A stretch of 34,589 nucleotides of DNA. Origin: a candidate division WOR-3 bacterium (lineage in GTDB: Bacteria; Hydrothermota; Tepidihabitantia; Tepidihabitantales; Tepidihabitantaceae). Location: the NCBI GenBank assembly GCA_965648905.1, contig CBFGIT010000027.1:1-34589 (forward strand), in the 5' to 3' direction. Position 1 is the first letter of the stretch. Each line of letters starts with the position of its first letter. Below, piece by piece: positions 28,196 through 34,589 of this stretch. The notes beneath the pieces are model-generated. The model saw only the letters and a program-made list of their open reading frames with translations, was not told the DNA's origin and did no database searches. The position numbers were made by a program, and so were the translations under genes.

Positions 28196-28223
28196 TTGAC
28201 AGCCGGTTCGTGCGGACTATTCT
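28196..28223 (+). promoter_or_regulatory. Sigma70-type promoter for the activator gene
   Basis: TTGACA (28196-28201)-16-TATTCT (28218-28223); implies ATG 28240 is the start. Confidence 0.6.
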
Positions 28224-28239
28224 CATTACCGGTCCTTCC

Positions 28240-30792
28240 ATGAGCGACAGGAACGTCCGTAGTCAGGCCGGAGAGCTGCTCGCGCAGGCCCGGAAGTTGG
28301 CCGAGCGCGACCGCAGCGGTGCGGCTGGCATAGCCCGGGCCGCGTTGGCTGCGGCGCAAGAGCACGCGGAGCGCGGGCTCGAGGCTGAGGCGCTGAACTT
28401 CCTCGCCGACTCTGAGCGGATGGCAGGGAACATGAGTTCGGCCCAAGCGCTGGCTGAGCAGGCGCTCTCGACCGCCGAGGCCGCGGGCGATGACCGGGCT
28501 GCTGGCTCTGCCTTCAACACCCTCAGTGCCCTGGCCTGGCACCGGGGTGAGTTTGACCAGGCCATCGAGTTCTCAAGCCGTGCGCTGAAGCTACGCGAAG
28601 CCACGAATGACGAACGCGGCATTGCGTCGACGTGCGGCAATCTTGCCCTGCTTCACACCGAGAAGGGCGACCTGGCCCGGGCCATGAAGTATCAACAGCG
28701 GTGTCTGGCCTTGCGCGAGAAGCTGGGGGACCATCGGGGCCTGGGCACTTCGCATCTGAACCTTGGCGTGCTCTATGCCGACCTCGGCGATTGGGACAAG
28801 GCCTTGGAAAGCTACTTCCGTGCGCTCGCGGAAAAAGAGCGGGCCGGGGACTCAGCACACGTCGCTCTCTGCTACAACAACATCGGCGAACTGTATCTGA
28901 ACCGGGACAAACTGGACCGGGCCAGGTTCTACCTGGAGCAGGCGCTGGAGCTGGTGCGGACCACCCCGGCCAAATGGATTCTGGCCGAGGTGCTCGGAAC
29001 ACTGGGCGACGTGGCCCTTGCCAAGGGCGACCTGGCCGAAGCTCAGTCCTGCTACGAGCAGGACCTGGCCATCTGTGAGGAGACCGAGGAACGCGAGGAG
29101 CAGGCGGAAACCCTGCGCCGCCTGGCCGAGCTCAGCCTGGCCCGGGCTGAGTACGACGAAAGCCGCAGGCTGCTTGAGCGGTCGCTTGCACTCTGCATCG
29201 AGGCGGGCGCGCGCAAGGAAGAAGGAAACGTGCGCCGGGTCCTGGCCGAGCTCGAAGCCCGCAGCGGTAACCTGACTGTGGCCCTAGCCCTGTTTGAACA
29301 GAGCGAGAACCTGCTCCGAACCCTGGGCCGCAGCTTTGAGCTCGGGCTTACGCTTCTTGCCATGACCCGAGCCGGCCTGCCTGAGCCTGCCAGCGAGCGT
29401 CGGGCCAAGCTGACCGAGGCTCAGGCCATCTTTGACGGGCTCGGGGTTACGCGTCGGGCCAGAGAGGCCGAGCACTTGCTCGGGCAGGCGACAACGCCGG
29501 CCCTGACCGCAGACCTGTTGGCAGACTTGGTCGGGCTTGCCTGCCAGGGACTCCCGGTCGCGGACTTGGCGAGCAAGGCTCTGGAACTCGCCTGTTCCAG
29601 ACTGAACCTGGCTGGCGCGGCCATCTTCATGCGCGACGGCCGCGTGTTCCGGCACGGAGCCGCGGCTCCCGGGCTTTCCGGCGTTACGTTCGCCCTGGAG
29701 ACCGGAGGTCAGCGTCTGGGCACTTTGCTGTTGCTGGGCCCGGTTGACGTCGCACGAACGCGGGCCGCGGTCAAACTCTTGTCACTCGGTCTGGCCCAGG
29801 CCGGAGCTGGCCCGGCCAAGGAGTTACCAGACACCAGGACGAAGACCAGCTTCCCCGGTATCATCGGCGCAGACACGACCCTGCGCTCGGTGTTCAAGAC
29901 CATTGAGCAGGTCGCTCCGACTAGAGCGAACGTACTTGTGCTCGGCGAGTCCGGTACCGGCAAGGAGATAGTCGCACGAACCATCCACGAACTCTCCGAC
30001 CGCAGACCGGGCCCGTTTGTGGCCGTGAACTGCGCCGCGATTCCCGAAGCGCTGCTGGAGAGCGAGCTGTTCGGAGTAGAAAGAGGAACCGCAACCGGAG
30101 TCTCGGCCCGCATCGGCCGGCTTGAGGCCGCGGATAAGGGCACGCTCTTCTTGGACGAAATCGGAGACATGAGTCTGGGTTTGCAGGCCAAGCTGCTACG
30201 TGTGCTCCAGGAACGGAGCTTCGAGCGCGTGGGCGGCCGGACCCAGGTGAATGTGGACATCCGGGTGATTGCCGCCACCAACCGGAACCTGGAGAAAGCG
30301 ATGGCCGAGGCCAGGTTTAGACCGGACCTGTTCTTCCGCCTGAACGTCATCACGATTTCGCTTCCACCACTGCGCGAGCGCAGGTCCGACATCCCGGCCC
30401 TGGTCAACCTGTTCCTCGGACGGTTGAGCCGGGAGTACGCCAAACCGGTACGCGGTGTGACTGACGAGTGCCTGGCCTGCCTGGTCAAGGCTCATTGGCC
30501 AGGCAACGTGCGCGAGCTGGAAAACGTGATCGAACGGGCGGTGATTCTGGCTCGGGGCGAGCTCGTCACCTTGGCCGACCTGCCGCCTGCGTTTCAGACC
30601 GCGGATCCAGGTGACGGCTGGCGCGAGGCGCGCGCGGTTGCCTCAGGCTCGGTCGAGGCCGCGGCCCTTCTCAATGCTTTGGAGAGTTCTGGTTGGGTAG
30701 TGACCAAAGCCGCGGCCAAGCTCGGCCTCAGCCGCCGCCAGATGTACCGTTTGATGACCCGCCACGGCCTCTCCCGACCGGCAGACACCTGA
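28240..30792 (+). CDS. TPR-repeat sigma54-interaction (bEBP) AAA+ activator with Fis-type HTH
   Basis: About 10 TPRs, GESGTGKE, VNCAAIPE.LLESELFG, FLDEIG, WPGNVREL, C-terminal HTH; loop 1 reads GTATGV. Confidence 0.93.
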   Translation: MSDRNVRSQAGELLAQARKLAERDRSGAAGIARAALAAAQEHAERGLEAEALNFLADSERMAGNMSSAQALAEQALSTAEAAGDDRAAGSAFNTLSALAWHRGEFDQAIEFSSRALKLREATNDERGIASTCGNLALLHTEKGDLARAMKYQQRCLALREKLGDHRGLGTSHLNLGVLYADLGDWDKALESYFRALAEKERAGDSAHVALCYNNIGELYLNRDKLDRARFYLEQALELVRTTPAKWILAEVLGTLGDVALAKGDLAEAQSCYEQDLAICEETEEREEQAETLRRLAELSLARAEYDESRRLLERSLALCIEAGARKEEGNVRRVLAELEARSGNLTVALALFEQSENLLRTLGRSFELGLTLLAMTRAGLPEPASERRAKLTEAQAIFDGLGVTRRAREAEHLLGQATTPALTADLLADLVGLACQGLPVADLASKALELACSRLNLAGAAIFMRDGRVFRHGAAAPGLSGVTFALETGGQRLGTLLLLGPVDVARTRAAVKLLSLGLAQAGAGPAKELPDTRTKTSFPGIIGADTTLRSVFKTIEQVAPTRANVLVLGESGTGKEIVARTIHELSDRRPGPFVAVNCAAIPEALLESELFGVERGTATGVSARIGRLEAADKGTLFLDEIGDMSLGLQAKLLRVLQERSFERVGGRTQVNVDIRVIAATNRNLEKAMAEARFRPDLFFRLNVITISLPPLRERRSDIPALVNLFLGRLSREYAKPVRGVTDECLACLVKAHWPGNVRELENVIERAVILARGELVTLADLPPAFQTADPGDGWREARAVASGSVEAAALLNALESSGWVVTKAAAKLGLSRRQMYRLMTRHGLSRPADT

Positions 30793-30816
30793 ACCGACCA
30801 GCCGTCCCCGGGCACA

Positions 30817-30843
30817 GAAGTGTGCCGCGAGACGACACACTTC
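30817..30843. promoter_or_regulatory. Palindrome, candidate enhancer (UAS) for the activator
   Basis: GAAGTGTGCCG-5 nt-CGACACACTTC, 10/11 inverted match, about 60-85 bp upstream of a -24 element. Confidence 0.5.
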
Positions 30844-30900
30844 CCGAAAGGTCCTTAAGCTAAGTCACCTAATTCCCTGCTTTGGCGCGTCGCGCGGACG

Positions 30901-30916
30901 TGGCACGGGTCGTGTC
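30901..30916 (+). promoter_or_regulatory. Variant sigma54 -24/-12 promoter
   Basis: TGGCACG-GGTC-GTGTC: consensus -24 box, GT instead of GC at -12. Confidence 0.45.
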
Positions 30917-30979
30917 CTTGTCAGGGTCATGAAGCAAACAAACCGAGGCCTCGCGCCTCATGACCTTAAGGAGGTCGTT

Positions 30980-32647
30980 ATGACACGCTCCACTAGTCTG
31001 ATTCTCTCAGTGCTCATGCTCCTGGGGACCGCATCTTCCCAGGTGCTGCCAGTCCGGCTCTATGGCGGCGCTCAGTCCGAACGCGCGACCGCGCTGGCCC
31101 AGGGCATGGACATGGGCTACTGCATGGCCGGCTGGACCAGGAGCTTCGGCCCGGGCACGCCCAACACCTCGAACGTACTCGTGGTCAAGACCGACCCGGC
31201 TGGCATCCCGATCTGGTCGCGCGTCTCAGTCGGCTCAGCCGACGACGAGGCGCACTCGATAGTCCGCACCAGAGATGGCGGCTGCGTCATCACCGGCTGG
31301 ACCCGCAGCCACGGGCTCGGCATTCCCAATAAGAACATCTTCTGCATCAAGTTCGATCCGATGGGCAACCAGCTCTGGGGTTGGGTCTACGGCGGGATGC
31401 AGGACGACGAGGCCTACTCGATCATCGAGACCAGCGACGGCGGTTTTGCCCTGACCGGCTGGACCACGAGCTTCGGCCCGGCGCCGATACCCAACGTCTT
31501 CATCCTGCGGCTGAACCCGCAGGGTTGGCCGGTCTGGTTCCAGGTGTACTGGGGTCAACCGATGCACACGGAAGACGAGGGCCATTCGATTGTCCAGACG
31601 CCGGACACTGGGTTCGCGGTATGCGGACGGATGAAGGCCACAACGCCGAACAACTACGACCCGTTCCTTCTGAAGCTCGACCCGTCGGGCAACGTGCAGT
31701 GGGCGCGGGTCGTGCCGGGCGTGGCCGACGAAGAGGATGCCTGGTCGGTCGCGCTCGACCGGGAGAACAGAATCCTTGTTTCCGGCTGGACCAGGAGCTT
31801 CGGCACCAATCCCCAGGTGTCTGCCGACGCCTTTGTCGCGCGGTTCGCCCTGGATGGGTCGCTGCTCTGGTCCAAGACCTATGGCTGGCCCAACGGGAAC
31901 GAGCAGGTGCTGGATGACCGTTCCCTGGTTGCGACTGTGGACCACGGCAGCGCGTTCTGCGGTCTGACCACGAGCAAAGGCCCGGGTGTCCCCAATCCGA
32001 ACATGCTGGTCGTGAAACTGACGGCCAATGGCGTGCCGATGTGGACCAGGTCCCATCCTAGCTCGTACTGGCCCGGCCTCGGCTCCGACGTGGCCCTGCC
32101 GATGGTCGAGCAGGCGCTGGGCGGGTACGCGCTGGCCGGCTGGTCAAACAGCTACGCCGTGCTGGGTGCAGACAACTTCGTGCTCGCGACCTTCGACGCC
32201 CTGGGCAACCGGCCGGTCTGCGCCGAGCCGCAGGAACCCGAGGTTGACTCATTACCCTGGGCGGAGTGGATCATCGCTTCGAGAGGATACTATGTGTCCG
32301 AAGACTCGATGCCGACGATGGAAATCACGGTCCAGCACGACTCGGTCTGCTACGATACCAGCCACACTGGAACAAAGGAAAAGACCAGCCAACCGTCGCC
32401 AATGACTAGGCTCGGCATCGGGTTGCGCGCAGTTCACGGCACGGTGGAACTGAGCCTGGCCAGAAGCAGCCACGCCCGCGTGCAGGTGCTGACCATTGAC
32501 GGCCGGATAGCCGGCAGTCTCGCCGACTGTGAGTTCGCGGCCGGCCGGCACGTGCTTGCCCTGCCGCCCGGGCTCGCGGACGGACTATACCTGGTTCGCT
32601 GCGAGGCGAACGGCTCGTCTCGAACCGTCAAGGTCGTCCGGTACTAA
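30980..32647 (+). CDS. Secreted beta-propeller repeat protein with T9SS-like/FlgD-Ig C-terminal domain
   Basis: Signal peptide, repeats YGG...D.A.SI..T.DGG..L.GWT.SFG, tail DGR...L.DGLYLVR...KVVRY; AAGGAGGT SD before ATG 30980. Confidence 0.88.
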   Translation: MTRSTSLILSVLMLLGTASSQVLPVRLYGGAQSERATALAQGMDMGYCMAGWTRSFGPGTPNTSNVLVVKTDPAGIPIWSRVSVGSADDEAHSIVRTRDGGCVITGWTRSHGLGIPNKNIFCIKFDPMGNQLWGWVYGGMQDDEAYSIIETSDGGFALTGWTTSFGPAPIPNVFILRLNPQGWPVWFQVYWGQPMHTEDEGHSIVQTPDTGFAVCGRMKATTPNNYDPFLLKLDPSGNVQWARVVPGVADEEDAWSVALDRENRILVSGWTRSFGTNPQVSADAFVARFALDGSLLWSKTYGWPNGNEQVLDDRSLVATVDHGSAFCGLTTSKGPGVPNPNMLVVKLTANGVPMWTRSHPSSYWPGLGSDVALPMVEQALGGYALAGWSNSYAVLGADNFVLATFDALGNRPVCAEPQEPEVDSLPWAEWIIASRGYYVSEDSMPTMEITVQHDSVCYDTSHTGTKEKTSQPSPMTRLGIGLRAVHGTVELSLARSSHARVQVLTIDGRIAGSLADCEFAAGRHVLALPPGLADGLYLVRCEANGSSRTVKVVRY

Positions 32648-32661
32648 GTCCGACTCAGGTC

Positions 32662-32687
32662 AGGGGCGGCCCAAAGCCGCCCCTCTT
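32662..32687 (+). terminator. Probable intrinsic terminator
   Basis: AGGGGCGGC-CCAAA-GCCGCCCCT followed by CTT, 15 nt after the stop. Confidence 0.6.
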
Positions 32688-32881
32688 GCATTGGGTTGAC
32701 GCCTCCTACGCAATCCCCAGAGATACAATACCTAGTCACGTATTGTCAACATGTGGGCAGGACAACCAAGGCGGACCACAAGTCGCAGCGTCTGCCTGCT
32801 CAAGCTCGCCGGGGCTAGCAAACAGGCGACCTGCAAGCTGCTGGTGCGGTGGCAGGACAGGAAGTGAGCCAACGCGCGAGG

Positions 32882-32909
32882 TTGATATGGCTCTGCTGGA
32901 CGGTAGACT
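32882..32909 (+). promoter_or_regulatory. Sigma70-type promoter
   Basis: TTGATA-16-TAGACT; overlapped by palindrome CTATCTC-5 nt-GAGATAG (32908-32926). Confidence 0.5.
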
Positions 32910-32927
32910 ATCTCGTGCGGAGATAGC

Positions 32928-34232
32928 GTGAACGCTTCTAGATTCCGGTTGATGCTCCTGGCCTGCTTCCTGCTGGCCGGCGGGGTGAGCTATGGTCAGT
33001 ATCTCCAGGCGACGCTCAGGGTGAACTTCCGGCCGAACGGCATCATCTGGACGCCGACGAGCAACAAGGTCTACGTATCGAGCCCCTACGACGAGAACGT
33101 GGTCATCATCGACGCGGCGACACTCCAAGTGCGGACTGCCCTGGAGATGGGCGACCAGCCGAACTCGATGTGCTGGAACTCGGTCAACAACAAGCTCTAC
33201 GTGGCAACCTGCGACAACAACAGCATCGTCGTGATTGACTGCTATGGAGATTCTGTAATCACTACCATGCACGTCTCGGGTGCGCCGGTCCCGATGGCCT
33301 ACAACTCGACGCTCAACAAACTCTACGTCGGCGCGTACGAGAACCGATTCGTCTCGGTATTCGACGGTGACGGGGATTCTCTGCTGGGACGGGTGTACGT
33401 GGACAACCTAGGCATCCAAGGCATCCAAGGGCTGCTCTGGCACCCCGGCACGAATCGCGTCTTCTGCACGACAGCACACGATTCCATCAAGGTGATTGAC
33501 TGCGCGACAGATGAAGTCATTTACGCGCATGGGGGGGGGGCTGGCTCGTTCGGGCTCACCCGAAATCACGTCAACGACCTCGTCTACGCGATCTGGTTCC
33601 AGTCAATGCAAGCTCTGACGGCTGCGGGTGATTCCGTCGTAGCCACAATGCCTTTTCAGATGCATGGTGCCTGTCCCGTGCCCTACCCGAACAAGCTCTA
33701 TGGACGCGGGTTCGACACCATTAGGATGGTAGACTGTCGGACTCACACAGTCACGCGCACGATTCGCGTCCCGCATGAGGGATTCCCGATGCTCTGCGAC
33801 ACTGTTGGAGGCCGCGTCTACGCAGCCAGCCCTGCGCCGCAGAATGTAGTGTTCGTCATGGACCCGTGGGCCGACTCGGTGCTCATGGAGGTCTCGGTCG
33901 GCCGGAGTCCGTCGGCCATGTCCTGGGATTGGCTCGACAATCGGGTCTTCGTCGCCAATGGCATGGATACGACAGTAAGTGTGATTCACACGAACGTCGG
34001 TATTAGCGAAGGGCCTCGGCGGACTGAGTTGGGCCGAGGCCAGACAATTACGGTCAGGAATGGCGTGTTGGAGTGGCGCGCCGATGTTCCAGGGCGGCTG
34101 CTGGACCTGTCCGGCCGGCTGCTGGCTCGGCTGGAGCCGGGCCTGAACCGGCTTCCTGACCTCGCGCCGGGGGTGTACTTCATCCAATGCGAGGACAGGT
34201 CCGGGGCCATCAAGGCCGCAGTGATGCGGTAA
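32928..34232 (+). CDS. Secreted YVTN/YncE-type beta-propeller protein with T9SS-like tail
   Basis: Signal peptide; repeats P....WN..NNKLYV.....V.VID; tail LLDLSGR...L.PG.N....LAPGVYF. Confidence 0.88.
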   Translation: MNASRFRLMLLACFLLAGGVSYGQYLQATLRVNFRPNGIIWTPTSNKVYVSSPYDENVVIIDAATLQVRTALEMGDQPNSMCWNSVNNKLYVATCDNNSIVVIDCYGDSVITTMHVSGAPVPMAYNSTLNKLYVGAYENRFVSVFDGDGDSLLGRVYVDNLGIQGIQGLLWHPGTNRVFCTTAHDSIKVIDCATDEVIYAHGGGAGSFGLTRNHVNDLVYAIWFQSMQALTAAGDSVVATMPFQMHGACPVPYPNKLYGRGFDTIRMVDCRTHTVTRTIRVPHEGFPMLCDTVGGRVYAASPAPQNVVFVMDPWADSVLMEVSVGRSPSAMSWDWLDNRVFVANGMDTTVSVIHTNVGISEGPRRTELGRGQTITVRNGVLEWRADVPGRLLDLSGRLLARLEPGLNRLPDLAPGVYFIQCEDRSGAIKAAVMR

Positions 34233-34301
34233 TCCTGTCCGGCGCTGGGCGCGACCACTCCGCGTCGCGTTCAGGGGCGCGGGCAGACAAAGGAGGTCAG
34301 T

Positions 34302-34589
34302 ATGGGAACGCGGAGAGTGGCGGCCATCGTGCTGCTCGGTCTGGCGCTGGCTGCGCCGGGGGTCTGGCAACGACTGGCAGGCTACGTTCGGGCTGGTCAC
34401 CGATGGCGAGGACCTCGGTGTTGCGACCAAGACCGACGACTCCGGCAACATCTTCGTGCTCTCGACCTTCGACGCCCTGGGCAACCGGCCGGTCTGCGCC
34501 GAGCCGCAGGAACCCGAGGTTGACTCATTACCCTGGGCGGAGTGGATCATCGCTTCGAGAGGATACTATGTGTCCGAAGACTCGATGCC
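34302..34589 (+). pseudogene. Partial, frameshifted secreted propeller-repeat gene ending in a copy of 32176-32313
   Basis: AAGGAGGT SD, signal peptide in one frame, continuation DWQATF...DGED.G...KTDDSGNIFV in the +1 frame after G5 (34358-34362). Confidence 0.55.
34452..34589 (+). repeat. Direct repeat of 32176-32313
   Basis: 138 bp with one mismatch (G32186 vs T34462); runs to the window end. Confidence 0.95.

Noticed and set aside
32176..34589. Diversity-generating retroelement TR/VR pair
   Set aside because: No reverse transcriptase in the window and the single mismatch is G/T, not adenine-specific

Overview
High-GC bacterial chromosomal window of mostly housekeeping and envelope genes. 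It contains mlaEFD, an lptE-rlmD-amidohydrolase-polX run, a class IV aminotransferase, dnaN-lipoprotein-DUF2207, tmRNA (ssrA), two sugar-ABC permeases, acs-OFA MFS-malic enzyme, and a B12 operon (Zn-ribbon, cvpA, cobO, meaB, two-subunit acyl-CoA mutase with isobutyryl-CoA-mutase-type residues). It also has a TPR/sigma54-type activator and several secreted proteins with a T9SS-like C-terminal tail; this style suggests a WOR-3/FCB-associated lineage (inference only). The standout is a secreted hypothetical protein (1352-) whose apparent TGA stop follows Gly-Cys and precedes an E. coli-like SECIS hairpin and 27 more in-frame codons, making it a candidate novel exported selenoprotein with a G-C-U-G motif. 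Other points: a probable ATC start codon, recurrent 16-bp-spacer and leaderless promoters, a GTATGV (non-GAFTGA) activator with a matching variant -24/-12 site, a G10 tract in a surface-protein gene, heptamer repeats, and a 138-bp duplication at the window end.
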